From positions 1 through 64,000 of IMG/VR virus record IMGVR_UViG_3300040801_002379: a stretch of 64,000 nt of DNA. The stretch is one strand, 5' to 3'. Of this stretch, positions 49,568 to 59,033 are shown one piece after another (positions within the stretch are counted from its first letter, which is position 1; each line of letters starts with the position of its first letter). Position numbers and translations under genes: made by a program. The notes under the pieces were generated by a model. The model did not search any database and had not been told where the DNA came from. It saw only the letters and a list, made by a program, of their open reading frames with translations. Origin of the DNA: a virus.

Positions 49568-50385
49568 GGCTCCTCCGGTAGGTCCGACGATTCGAGCCGA
49601 ATGACCTCGGCATTCGGGTCGGTGGTCGTATCGAACTCGGGCTCATAACGTCCCGTGACCGGGTCCCGCATGTTCAGAAGGTCCTTCAATCCGACCTCGA
49701 CCTGCACACGAAGGTCCTCCAGAGAACCCGAGTTGTCGACGATGAAGTCCGTGTCGATGGTCTCCATCTCGCTCTCGCTCACATGGTCGGCGGGAATCTT
49801 CGAGGCTCGCACGATTCTCCAAATGATGCCGCCTTCGGCACGGATGGCCTCGGCCTCGTTGTGGAAGCGAACATCCGTCACGACGGCGATGCTGTCACCG
49901 GGGAGCTTGCGCACTTGCCTGAGGAGGAGGTCGACCCAGATGCGGTCCCAGAGCCACCGATAGCCTTCGGTGCCGACGCGCTGCTGAGCGAACCTCGATG
50001 TGAGGTATGACGGACCGTAACGACCTTCCGCCCTCTTGGTCTCCAGAAAATCATCGATGTGCCGGTCGGAGAAGTTGTAGCCGTAATGACTCCGCCACTC
50101 TCGGAGTAGATGGGCGTCGGCCTCCATCATGAGGTTGATGGCTCGGCTTCGTTCGTACCGAGGGTCGGGTAGCTCCTTGTTGGCGCCGTCGATGCGGTCC
50201 TCATTCCAGTCGAAGACCTGAGCGACGTGACGCTTGAGGGTCTCCGCGAAGCGGAACTGGTAGCAGGTGACGGGATGGTTGGGCAGGCCCAGGCTGTCCA
50301 GCCCAGGCTCCAGAAGTTGTGCGATGGTGACGGCCGTGGTGTCCTTGCCGGACCCTGCTCGGCCCACCAGTCCGATGATGGTCAT
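49564..50385 (-). CDS. P-loop deoxynucleoside-monophosphate kinase-like protein
   Basis: 273 aa with an N-terminal IIGLVGRAGSGKDT typical of phage dNMP kinases. Confidence 0.65.
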   Translation of the reverse strand: MTIIGLVGRAGSGKDTTAVTIAQLLEPGLDSLGLPNHPVTCYQFRFAETLKRHVAQVFDWNEDRIDGANKELPDPRYERSRAINLMMEADAHLLREWRSHYGYNFSDRHIDDFLETKRAEGRYGPSYLTSRFAQQRVGTEGYRWLWDRIWVDLLLRQVRKLPGDSIAVVTDVRFHNEAEAIRAEGGIIWRIVRASKIPADHVSESEMETIDTDFIVDNSGSLEDLRVQVEVGLKDLLNMRDPVTGRYEPEFDTTTDPNAEVIRLESSDLPEEP

Positions 50386-50444
50386 GGGGGCGGTTCTCCT
50401 CTGCCCCTTCTAACGTTCTGGACTTCGAAATGCGAGGTGGGAGG

Positions 50445-51128
50445 TCAGGTTTTCTGGACCTTTTCGACCACGGCGCGTTCGTTCTCCGCACGGAGCTTGG
50501 CCAGATGCTGTGACACCTCTTCGGCCGTGGCCAGGTGAGACGCCTCTTTCTTGGCCTCCTGCTCCGTCTCTGCGGCCTTCTTCTTGGCCAGGCGCTGCTG
50601 GAGTAGGTCAGGGTCCCAGCGCGCTAGAAGCGCCTCGTAGAGCGCCTCAACCATCACTGCGGGGAGCTGGCGAAGCTCCATGCCGGCTGGCAGGTGGAGG
50701 AGGACGCCCTTCCACTTCGGATTGTGCTTCCGGAGCGCCTTCTCCAGCTTCTTGATGGCCGCCTTCTCGTGGGCCCGGTTGGCGAACTGGCCTCGGACAA
50801 TCATCAGGTCGTCCGGAGCCAGCTTCCGAGCCGTGCCCATGACCTCGACGCCGGCCTCCTCGACCGCGGCCTTGCTGGCCTCGTTGAGGGACAGCTCCTC
50901 GGTCGCCGAGATGCGGACCTCCTCCTCTTCCTCGGTGACGGCCACGACCTCGCCACGGCGGACGCGGTCAGCCTCGACGGTCTGCTGGCCGCATTGCGGG
51001 CACCAGGCCTTGGACTGCCGGCGGTCGACCTCTTGTGAGGCCCAACCGACCTCACACGCGAAGCACCACCAGTCGTCGTGCTCCTCGGGGCGTTTGGGGG
51101 TGTTGGGGGCTTCGGGGGACTCTTGCAT
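50445..51128 (-). CDS. zinc-ribbon protein with coiled-coil C-terminus
   Basis: 227 aa with CFAC...CPQC near the N-terminus. Confidence 0.55.
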   Translation of the reverse strand: MQESPEAPNTPKRPEEHDDWWCFACEVGWASQEVDRRQSKAWCPQCGQQTVEADRVRRGEVVAVTEEEEEVRISATEELSLNEASKAAVEEAGVEVMGTARKLAPDDLMIVRGQFANRAHEKAAIKKLEKALRKHNPKWKGVLLHLPAGMELRQLPAVMVEALYEALLARWDPDLLQQRLAKKKAAETEQEAKKEASHLATAEEVSQHLAKLRAENERAVVEKVQKT

Positions 51129-51137
51129 CTGGACTCC

Positions 51138-53252
51138 TCAGACGGTGCAACGGTCGCCGTCGCAGAACTTGTCTGTGACCTCGTGGGTATCACCTTCGAG
51201 GTGCAGAGGTCCATTCGTCTTCCGCTCCTCGATGTCCAGAAGCATCTGACGGTACCGCGCCTCGGTGATGGGCTCCCATGGGGCCTGAGCGTAGGGGACC
51301 TTCGGGACACCGTCCTCGCCGACCGGGGGCCGGTCGTAGGGCAGGAACGAGATGCCCTTGAGCTGGTCCTCGTACAGCTCCAGGAGGTCCTTGATGTGCG
51401 GACCCTCTTCAGCCTTCTCGAACTTCACCGTGCAGCTCACCTGGTTGTCGGCCCAATACCGCTGAAGCTGGACCGCGTCACCCATCTGCACCGCCGCCGG
51501 GACGTCGGTCTCGGCCTGCTCGAAGTTGGCCTCGTGAACCGGGAACTCGACCACGACCGAGTTGGGACTGTAGACGTCGGGCTCCATGTGGAAGCCCGCC
51601 TTCCGCAGTCCCGTCAGAAGCGGGCTCGATGCAGCGAAGCGCATGCGCTGGACGTAGAACTCGGCCGGAGCACGATGCATCCCAGCCGTCGCCCCGCAGA
51701 GCTTCGACACCGTCCCACTCGGCTTGACCGAGGTGATTTTGACCGACTTCGGCACCGCCAGCCACTCGGAGTAGACGTTGTCCAGATTCCGAAGGTACCG
51801 GTACCCTTGGTCACACCACTTGAAATGCTCGCGTCGGCCAACCTTGGCGAAATTCTGGACGATACCCGACTGAGAGGTGCCGATGCGGCGGTTCCGCATC
51901 ATGACCGCGTTGACCTTCTGGATGTGGGTCGGCAAGAGGGTGACGGTCTTCGCATACAGGTACGCGAACTTCAGCGTACGCTCCCACTCGCCATAGCTCT
52001 CGTGATGCGCGGGGAAGGTCTCGACCAGACAGCATAGCTCGTACGGTTCCAGACTTTGCTCGACACACGGATTGCAGCCCTTCGCTCGAACATCGGCGTA
52101 GGTGGGCGGGTCGATGAGACGACCGAAGCGCCGGATGTTATCGAGCCAGATGTAGCCGGGCTCTCCGTTCTTCGCAGTGTAAGCAGCCGGCCCCGAGTAA
52201 TCCATCCCGACCTGAGCGTAGAGCGAGTTGTTCGACGCCCAACGCCAAGAGTCTGGACCCATCAGCTTCTCGCCAGCCACCTCGGGGTCCTTGAGCCGGA
52301 GGAAGGACTCGTCTTCGGGGCTACCGAACGCAATCTCAGCCGAACGACGCACGTTCCCTGAGACGACGCACTTGCCGACGGCATTGCCCACGTCGACCAG
52401 AGCCTCCGAGGTGATGGGGGCACCGACGAGAGGATTCAGGATGTCTGGAAGATGCTCCTCCAGAAGTTTTCGGAGCGGCTCGGGGCCGGCTGCTACGCCT
52501 CCGAACCCGCGGATGGGGGTGCCCTCGGGTCGGATGATTGAATAGTCGAATCGTGGGATGCCGCCGGCGCCTTGGTAGGCGTCGAGAACCATCCGAGCAG
52601 CTTCCATCCAGCCTTCACGTGAATCAGGGATGACGTACGGAGCGTCGACGTACGTCGGTCTCTGGATGTCAATCTGTCCTGCACCGTCGGTGTCGAAGCC
52701 GACTCCGACTCCCAGCATGGACAGGTCCATCAGCGTGATGAAGGGCTCGGCCAGACCCTCGACCGCGATGTCCTTGGTGCTGATGAACGCGCAGTTGTTC
52801 AAGGACGCGGAGCCGTGGCTCTTGATGTACTCGGTCCCCATCATCCAGAGGCCTCGACCAGGCGGCAAGAACTTGAACTCGAAGATGAGGCGGTACATTT
52901 CCTGAGCGCTGCGCTGCGCCTTGTCCTGCCGCCAATGGAGGTGGTTGTGCTGGCAGTGTCGCTGCTGGATTCGATAGCAGCCTTCGACGACGCGGGCGAC
53001 GGTCTGCCACCACTCCTCCGACTCACCGATGGCGACCGTGCGATGCGCGCCTCCCGGACGCTTGGGGTCCTGGAAGCGGCTGTACGTGCGTTTGTACGTG
53101 ATGTACCCGACGGGGCCCCACTTGGGCTCGCGGGCGCGATATGACTCCAGAAAGTCGGACTCCAGCTCGAATTCTGGAGCTTGCAGCTCGACTGCGAAAA
53201 GACCCATGGGCGGGCGGGATACGGTTACGACGGGTTCAGGTGCTGCACTCAC
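51138..53252 (-). CDS. nrdJ: ribonucleotide reductase, class II (adenosylcobalamin-dependent) type
   Basis: 704 aa, single chain. Active-site region GCNPCVEQSLEPYELCCLVE and ..SLNNCAFIS... No separate beta subunit gene was seen in the window. Confidence 0.8.
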   Translation of the reverse strand: MSAAPEPVVTVSRPPMGLFAVELQAPEFELESDFLESYRAREPKWGPVGYITYKRTYSRFQDPKRPGGAHRTVAIGESEEWWQTVARVVEGCYRIQQRHCQHNHLHWRQDKAQRSAQEMYRLIFEFKFLPPGRGLWMMGTEYIKSHGSASLNNCAFISTKDIAVEGLAEPFITLMDLSMLGVGVGFDTDGAGQIDIQRPTYVDAPYVIPDSREGWMEAARMVLDAYQGAGGIPRFDYSIIRPEGTPIRGFGGVAAGPEPLRKLLEEHLPDILNPLVGAPITSEALVDVGNAVGKCVVSGNVRRSAEIAFGSPEDESFLRLKDPEVAGEKLMGPDSWRWASNNSLYAQVGMDYSGPAAYTAKNGEPGYIWLDNIRRFGRLIDPPTYADVRAKGCNPCVEQSLEPYELCCLVETFPAHHESYGEWERTLKFAYLYAKTVTLLPTHIQKVNAVMMRNRRIGTSQSGIVQNFAKVGRREHFKWCDQGYRYLRNLDNVYSEWLAVPKSVKITSVKPSGTVSKLCGATAGMHRAPAEFYVQRMRFAASSPLLTGLRKAGFHMEPDVYSPNSVVVEFPVHEANFEQAETDVPAAVQMGDAVQLQRYWADNQVSCTVKFEKAEEGPHIKDLLELYEDQLKGISFLPYDRPPVGEDGVPKVPYAQAPWEPITEARYRQMLLDIEERKTNGPLHLEGDTHEVTDKFCDGDRCTV

Positions 53253-53273
53253 GTGGTCAATCTCCTTGAGATG

Positions 53274-54305
53274 TTAGGTCTCGGCGTGGGGCTCCGAGTC
53301 ATTGAAACGAAGGCCTTTGGCGAGGAAGTCAACGCATCGGTCGACCACCTCCAGAAGCTCATGACGACACTCCACGACACTCGCCCACTCTTCTGGAACC
53401 GCGCGGGTGTACGCCCCGCTGATGGCCCCAGCAATAGCCGCGATGCTGTCGCTGTCTCCGGGAGTGTTGACCGCCAGGAACATGCACTTCTCGAAGCTCT
53501 CTGGATGCGCGAGGAACGCATAGACCGCGGCTGCGACGGCCTCATCACCGACCCAGCCTCGGAACTTGTCGAACACCATGCAGTCCCAATCGACCGCCTC
53601 ATAATCGTCCGTTGGACGAACCGAGGCCTTGTACATGGCTTCCCAGATGAGAGCCGCGGTTCTCCAGTCATAGCCAGAAGCCGCCAGCGCCATGTCCTCG
53701 ACGATGGTGAATGGGTCCAAATCGAAATGGGTGTTCACTATGGACGCCAGCGCATCCGCGACGGCCGCGCCTGAAGCCTGAGCCGTAGGCGAACGATGGG
53801 TCATCAGAGCGTGAGTCGCTGCGACGCGGGTCGCGTCGTCAGGGTCCAGAAGCCAGCCATACGGAGCCGACCGCATGGCCACCCCACAACCCTTCCCTGC
53901 GGGCTTGCCGGCTATCCTCCAGTCTCGAAGGCGGTCTTGCTCCTCCAACGACTTCAGGTTCCTCACGCCCATCATGCACGCATTCCCCGGCGCTCGGTGA
54001 GAGCCGCCAAGAGGTTGAGCCTGCCACTCGATGAGCCGTCGGGCAACATTGATGGCTTGCTGCTCGTGCGGTTCTTCGTCGTCACCGTCGAGAAGACCGA
54101 GGGCAACCGCGTAGGTCATCTGCGTGTCATCGGTGAAGCTCGCAACACCGCCCGAAACGACGTCGAATGGACTCGCAACCAAAGGATGTTTCGAGGTGAC
54201 GTTTCGAAATTCCACCTCGCCTCCCATGGCGTCACCAAGAGCCGTGCCAAGCATGGATGCTCGAATCTGAGAACGCACTCGTTCCTTGTCCAAGAAGTAG
54301 GTCAT
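53274..54305 (-). CDS. ADP-ribosylglycohydrolase (ARH/DraG family)
   Basis: 343 aa from ATG 54305. Motifs MLGTALGDAMGGEVEF and ..NTPGDSDSIAAIAGAISGA... Confidence 0.8.
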   Translation of the reverse strand: MTYFLDKERVRSQIRASMLGTALGDAMGGEVEFRNVTSKHPLVASPFDVVSGGVASFTDDTQMTYAVALGLLDGDDEEPHEQQAINVARRLIEWQAQPLGGSHRAPGNACMMGVRNLKSLEEQDRLRDWRIAGKPAGKGCGVAMRSAPYGWLLDPDDATRVAATHALMTHRSPTAQASGAAVADALASIVNTHFDLDPFTIVEDMALAASGYDWRTAALIWEAMYKASVRPTDDYEAVDWDCMVFDKFRGWVGDEAVAAAVYAFLAHPESFEKCMFLAVNTPGDSDSIAAIAGAISGAYTRAVPEEWASVVECRHELLEVVDRCVDFLAKGLRFNDSEPHAET

Positions 54306-54338
54306 GTTCTGTTCCCTTTCCCGCCGAGATGGCGTCCC

Positions 54339-54389
54339 AGGATGGCCCATCTCGTCCAGAATGTAAAGCAGAAAAGCTCACATTCTGGA
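54339..54389 (-). promoter_or_regulatory. conserved phage promoter element (family member 9; weak -10)
   Basis: TCCAGAATGTGAGCTTTTCTGC-TTTACA-TTCTGGACGAGATGGGC(17)-CATCCT. Confidence 0.45.
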
Positions 54390-54441
54390 TGAACGAGGAC
54401 CGCCCACCCCCTTCTAACGCTGGCAGACGGCGAGTGCGAGG

Positions 54442-54864
54442 TCAGTCGTACTCGTCGATGCGGATGTCTCGACCACGTAGCGCGTACAGCTTCGCCTGAG
54501 ACGCGACCGTGTTGCTCTCGTGCTGATTCACGATGAGGACGTCCTCCAGGCGCGCAGAGATGGCCAGACCGGCCTCAATGCCCAGCTTCCGCTCCTCGGC
54601 GGTGTCTTCGTCCAGGATGCCGTGAAGCGGGTAGAGCGCGTGGGAGGCCCAAGGGGCCCGGCCGCAAAGCAGCTCATCCCGCATGGCCTGGCGGACGATG
54701 CGGATGTTCCGCCACCGCCACGGCGGAGGGATGCGGTCGGGGCACCCGATGAGGAACAAGAAGCCGTTGAGGACCTGGAGAAGGGGCCAGGTCAGGTGGT
54801 CGTGCCACCTCATCCTTCCGCGGTAAGGGCTCTCGATGACGACGGTCTTCACAAGGCTCTCCAT
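54442..54864 (-). CDS. hypothetical protein
   Basis: 140 aa from ATG 54864 (MESLVKTVVIESPYRG..). Confidence 0.45.
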   Translation of the reverse strand: MESLVKTVVIESPYRGRMRWHDHLTWPLLQVLNGFLFLIGCPDRIPPPWRWRNIRIVRQAMRDELLCGRAPWASHALYPLHGILDEDTAEERKLGIEAGLAISARLEDVLIVNQHESNTVASQAKLYALRGRDIRIDEYD

Positions 54865-56402
54865 TCCCCATCGATGACGCTGATGAGGCTGCGCTTCCCG
54901 TTGGCGTAGACCACGCAATGCGTGTTCATCCAGCTCGACGGGATGTTGTTGTAGTATTGGTCCAGACGTCCAGTGACGCCGACGACGTAGCACCCCTCGA
55001 TGATTTCTGGACTGTGGTAGTGGCCGATGATGGCCTTCACGCCCAGCTTCGAGTACGCCAATGAGCTTCCCTTCGAACCGTTGAGCCCGATGTCGCCGTG
55101 GAAGTTGAGGAAGATGTCGCCCACCTTTCGCGGCGTGTCTCGGTCCAGAAACTCGGCCCTCTTCTGGTCTGAGAAGACGTCATAGAGTACGCGGAATGCG
55201 GGGGTCCAGAAACCATCTCGGCGGCGTCGGCGGAGCACTTCGGCCCAGGCCTCGTGGTAGAACAGCGCGTTCTTCGGGTCGTTCTGCCAATCGGAATTAC
55301 GAAGCCACCAGTCCAACATCTCGTCATGGTTCGACTGGACGACGACCGGACTGCACCACTCCGGAATGCGCTGGTCCAGAAATGCGATGGCCCGCATGAC
55401 CTCGGGCTGTACCTCACTGTGGAAGTCCGCTCGGTCCGCCATTCGGCAATCGTACCGAGTATCGAAGTCCTTCAGCGTGTGCCGGTTGAAGTTGCCCATG
55501 TGGAGGAGGTCGTGGACGATGGCCTCTCGGGGCTGGAGCGTCTCCATGATGGAGTCCTCGCCCTCGAACGTGGCCGCGATGACCTCGGGGTCGCTGAGCC
55601 CCTCATGGACGTCTCCGAAGACGATGGCCCGCGCGGGCTCGGCCTCGTACACGCCCTCGGGTGTGTACTCCTTGTCGAGGTCGATGAACGTCCCGTCGCT
55701 GACGGCGTTGATTTGGCGGATGTGGAAGAGGTTCGTGCCCTTCTCGACGACCGCAGCCCCGAAGACGTGGTGAGCCTCGCCCTTCTTCCCCGCCTTGCTG
55801 TCGGTGTAGTTGCGCACCGTGACCGCGCCGGTCGTGGACAGGATGCGAGGGTACTTGCGCTTGGCCGTCGGCACGGTCTTGAACTGGATTTTGGGGTGGC
55901 CGAAGATGGCCGAAGCCTGTCCAGAAAACACCTCGAAGCCAGTCAGAGGACGAACGGCCGTGGGCTGGATGGAGATGTCACCGTAGATGGTCAGGTGGTC
56001 GCCGATGCGGCGGCGGCCGGCGAAGAGATACGGGACGACCTCTTTCGCCCACCAGTCATCCTGCATGGCCTTCGCGGACCACGTGCTGGTCGGGTTCTTG
56101 TACCGGCCTGGAAGGACGAGGAGCACTGCATCGTTGAACTCGCAGAACCTCTTCAGGCTCTCCAGAAAGGCCTTGTTCACCGGGGTCGCGTTCTGAGCGT
56201 AGGTGATGACGTAGGTCTCTCCGTAAGGTGCCTTCTTCGGGAGCGGGTTTCGTGTGATGGTCGTTCGAGGACTACCCTGGCGGCGGGCTGCGTTGAAGCA
56301 GGCGCGGCACTTCCGGCGTCGCGTATTACCATCCTTCGGGAACTCTTCTTCTGGTTTGGCTGCGCCGCATTCGACGCACTCTCGGTAGGGTGTACGGGCC
56401 AT
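54849..56402 (-). CDS. calcineurin-like metallophosphoesterase with N-terminal zinc ribbon (possible nuclease)
   Basis: 517 aa with CVEC..CRAC, then GDVHEG, SNHDE and GHYH metallophosphatase motifs. Confidence 0.7.
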   Translation of the reverse strand: MARTPYRECVECGAAKPEEEFPKDGNTRRRKCRACFNAARRQGSPRTTITRNPLPKKAPYGETYVITYAQNATPVNKAFLESLKRFCEFNDAVLLVLPGRYKNPTSTWSAKAMQDDWWAKEVVPYLFAGRRRIGDHLTIYGDISIQPTAVRPLTGFEVFSGQASAIFGHPKIQFKTVPTAKRKYPRILSTTGAVTVRNYTDSKAGKKGEAHHVFGAAVVEKGTNLFHIRQINAVSDGTFIDLDKEYTPEGVYEAEPARAIVFGDVHEGLSDPEVIAATFEGEDSIMETLQPREAIVHDLLHMGNFNRHTLKDFDTRYDCRMADRADFHSEVQPEVMRAIAFLDQRIPEWCSPVVVQSNHDEMLDWWLRNSDWQNDPKNALFYHEAWAEVLRRRRRDGFWTPAFRVLYDVFSDQKRAEFLDRDTPRKVGDIFLNFHGDIGLNGSKGSSLAYSKLGVKAIIGHYHSPEIIEGCYVVGVTGRLDQYYNNIPSSWMNTHCVVYANGKRSLISVIDGEWRAL

Positions 56403-56403
56403 G

Positions 56404-56883
56404 CTAAACCTCCAGCTTCTGGACGTACTCGACGCCAGACTCGGTGAGACGGAGCCCGGTGGGCTCCATCAGCTTGAACGCTACGAGACGATGGACTGGA
56501 CGATGAACGTCGACGTCGAAGACGTCAGAGACGTCAGAGACAGGAGGATTGTGGCCTCGGCCGTTCTCGACCTGCACGTACTGGAGTATCTCATCCTCGG
56601 TGACGGTAGGACCAAGGTCATCGGGGACCGCCGCGGCCGAATCCAGAAGGAACGTCACCGGGACCTCAAGGGCCTTGGCCAAGAGGGTGAGCTGAGGAAG
56701 ACGGGGGAGCCGGCGGCCATTGGCCCAAGCACTGATGGTGCTCGGGGTGACGCCGACTCGGGCTGCGAGGTCGACCTTGGTCGACCGACAATGTCGAAGC
56801 GCTGTCGCGAAGCGGTCCGGAAAGACGGCCTTCAGCCGCCCTAGCTCGGCTTGCTCTCGCCCAGCGTATCCTCCTCCAGGCAT
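56404..56883 (-). CDS. XRE/Cro-CI-type helix-turn-helix transcriptional regulator
   Basis: Motif STKVDLAARVGVTPSTISAWANGRRLP..LLAKALEV. Confidence 0.75.
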   Translation of the reverse strand: MPGGGYAGREQAELGRLKAVFPDRFATALRHCRSTKVDLAARVGVTPSTISAWANGRRLPRLPQLTLLAKALEVPVTFLLDSAAAVPDDLGPTVTEDEILQYVQVENGRGHNPPVSDVSDVFDVDVHRPVHRLVAFKLMEPTGLRLTESGVEYVQKLEV

Positions 56884-57200
56884 ATCTCGTCCAGATGCGG
56901 AGGAGGTGGGGGAGGCATTCGGCCTCTCATCACCGCAAGTTGGGTCTCCAGAGTCAGAATTCGAGCCTCGTAGCTCTCCATCTGCTTCTGGAGATTGGTC
57001 AATACAACCTGCATCCCCTGGAAGCCTTCAACCAGCTCCTGGACACCCTTCACGAACTCCACGCGGTCCTCCCAGAGGAGGGTGACTCGTTTCTGGATGC
57101 TCTCTGGAATCTGCTCAACGTTGATGGCCTCTAAGCGGGAAGCCGCCATCTGCGCCGTGCTAGCGACGGTCGATAGCGCTCGACTGGCCCAGGACGTCAC
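56841..57200 (-). CDS. hypothetical coiled-coil protein
   Basis: 119 aa from GTG 57200, which overlaps the upstream stop (GTGA). Confidence 0.4.
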   Translation of the reverse strand: MTSWASRALSTVASTAQMAASRLEAINVEQIPESIQKRVTLLWEDRVEFVKGVQELVEGFQGMQVVLTNLQKQMESYEARILTLETQLAVMRGRMPPPPPPHLDEICLEEDTLGESKPS

Positions 57201-57331
57201 CGCTCGGTTCCCCCGAGCTTCTCTTTGGCCTTCTTGGCCGCGTCGCGAACGACGGGAGCGAGCTTGGCGCCCGTCGCGACGCCCGCGACAACCCCAGCCA
57301 CGAAGGTCCACTTGATGACGTGCAGGTTCAT
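57197..57331 (-). CDS. small membrane protein (44 aa)
   Basis: Sequence MNLHVIKWTFVAGVVAGVATGAKLAPVV... The ATG overlaps the upstream stop (ATGA). Confidence 0.35.
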   Translation of the reverse strand: MNLHVIKWTFVAGVVAGVATGAKLAPVVRDAAKKAKEKLGGTER

Positions 57332-57963
57332 TCTGTCGCCTCGTACCCTGCGGAAAGCTCGGCGGATTGTCCACCCTCATCTAGCTGCTGCATCATGAGG
57401 CCCGCCGAAAGGGCGGCCACCTGCTGGAGCATCGGGAGGGCCTGCGTGACCACGGTGTCGACCATGTCCTGCGAGACGCCAGCTAGGGCGTACTCGGAGG
57501 TCTGGTTGACGCCCTCCAGGAGGGCCCGTGGGACCGCCTGGTGGCCTGAAGCCGCGATGGCCTCCGTCATGTACAGGAGGGCCACCGGGAGCGCTACAGC
57601 GAGCCCTGCGTCCACCATGGGGTTGTTCTGGGGAATCCGGTCCCCCAGAGCGTGTTTCACCATGCGGACGAGCTGGCCGTTCACCTCGCGGCCGACCCGG
57701 GCCTTGCCGGCCTCCAGGAAAGCCTTGCCGACCTGCTCTCCTACCGAGCGGGCGGTTGAGCGGCGCGGGGCTTTTTCTTCATCCGTGCGTAGCACGAAAG
57801 ACTGCTTGGGCTGAATGGTGGACATGGTCTCGTTCTCCTTCGGTACAGCCTGGACCGCGATGGCCCCGGCGCATGCTGGACAGGGCCGGAGGACAACCCC
57901 TCCGGTACCTGCAATGGTTCTGGACACGGACTTCCCCGTGTCGTTGCACACGGGGCAGCTCAT
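57328..57963 (-). CDS. hypothetical protein with N-terminal zinc ribbon
   Basis: 211 aa from ATG 57963 (MSCPVCNDTG..CPAC), ATGA-coupled. An alternative internal start, MSTIQ, follows AAGGAG. Confidence 0.5.
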   Translation of the reverse strand: MSCPVCNDTGKSVSRTIAGTGGVVLRPCPACAGAIAVQAVPKENETMSTIQPKQSFVLRTDEEKAPRRSTARSVGEQVGKAFLEAGKARVGREVNGQLVRMVKHALGDRIPQNNPMVDAGLAVALPVALLYMTEAIAASGHQAVPRALLEGVNQTSEYALAGVSQDMVDTVVTQALPMLQQVAALSAGLMMQQLDEGGQSAELSAGYEATE

Positions 57964-58307
57964 ACCAGCCTCGTGTAGTGGGGGTCTTGCGCGCGTAGCT
58001 CGCCCGCCTCGACGGCCGCGTCGACCGGGTTGAGGTCGTCCGTGTCCCCGAGCCGAGCGTATTCGCCCGACTGGAGGCTCTGCTGAAGAGCCGTCTGCGG
58101 TTGGCGACGGCGAAGAGACTCCGACGTCCTCCGTTCCACCGCCAGAAGCTCCTCCAGCTCGACGATGCGGCGCTCCTGCTGCCGCACGACACCCCATGCG
58201 GCCTCGGTCCGGACCCGAGATTCGCGGGACTCCTGTTCCGCCTTCACCTTGTCCAGAACCAGCTTCTCGATGGCCTGAGCCAGGTGGGACGGTGTTGCCT
58301 CGTTCAT
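57960..58307 (-). CDS. hypothetical coiled-coil protein
   Basis: 115 aa from ATG 58307 (ATGA coupling). Confidence 0.45.
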   Translation of the reverse strand: MNEATPSHLAQAIEKLVLDKVKAEQESRESRVRTEAAWGVVRQQERRIVELEELLAVERRTSESLRRRQPQTALQQSLQSGEYARLGDTDDLNPVDAAVEAGELRAQDPHYTRLV

Positions 58308-58519
58308 TTTCTTCCCTTCTGGATGGCTGAGACGAGGTCGGACAGCGCTTTGTCCGTGTCGATGACCTCCTCCACTCGTGCCCATCCGCACGAATCACAC
58401 TTCGTTGCGTTCACGACCTTGTGGGCCTTTCGGCCCTCAGTCTGCTCGGTAGCCGGACCCCACACGTCCCTGAGCTGCCGGCCGCAGACAGGGCAGGACT
58501 CAGACAGGGTGACGTTCAT
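58304..58519 (-). CDS. small zinc-ribbon protein
   Basis: 71 aa from ATG 58519 (ATGA coupling), with CPVC...CDSC. Confidence 0.5.
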   Translation of the reverse strand: MNVTLSESCPVCGRQLRDVWGPATEQTEGRKAHKVVNATKCDSCGWARVEEVIDTDKALSDLVSAIQKGRK

Positions 58520-58842
58520 AGGTACTTCCGAATGACCTGATGAACGGCGGAACGCGACACTCCGAACTCCCGAGCAATTTCCGCCTGCGAGGTCGTCGGA
58601 GCCAGCGCCACAATGGCGTCGATGTCTTCCGCAGTGAGCCGCTTCGGACTCCGAGTCGGCCCAGACGACCGAGTCGGGAAGCCCCAATGCTTCCAGAGCC
58701 GGGCCAGAGTGTTCACACTGGTGTCGAGACGTTCGGCGACCTCTCGAAGCGTCAAAACCTCGAACCAGTACATGCGCCACGCCTGAAGCGCAGAGGTGGT
58801 CATCGATGCTCTCATAGTAGCCTCCAACCCTTCAGGGTCCAC
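58516..58842 (-). CDS. DNA-binding protein with two HTH motifs
   Basis: HTH motifs LTLREVAERLDTSVNTLARLW and SQAEIAREFGVSRSAVHQVIRK. Confidence 0.6.
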   Translation of the reverse strand: MDPEGLEATMRASMTTSALQAWRMYWFEVLTLREVAERLDTSVNTLARLWKHWGFPTRSSGPTRSPKRLTAEDIDAIVALAPTTSQAEIAREFGVSRSAVHQVIRKYL

Positions 58843-59033
58843 TTGTCGAATACCTCGTCCTCGCGGACCGGGTACCAGTCCAGAACGAGTTGGTCGTCCT
58901 CGTCCCGAACGAATGCGTTGTCGTCGTCCACCTGAGGGATGCCTACCTCAGGCTTCCCGGCATGGATGCGCCAGGGATAGCCGCCCTCATGGACGGCCTC
59001 CCCGTGGCGCAGAGCCTCGGCCAATGTGGCCAT
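58812..59033 (-). CDS. hypothetical protein
   Basis: 73-aa ORF. Confidence 0.45.
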   Translation of the reverse strand: MATLAEALRHGEAVHEGGYPWRIHAGKPEVGIPQVDDDNAFVRDEDDQLVLDWYPVREDEVFDKWTLKGWRLL

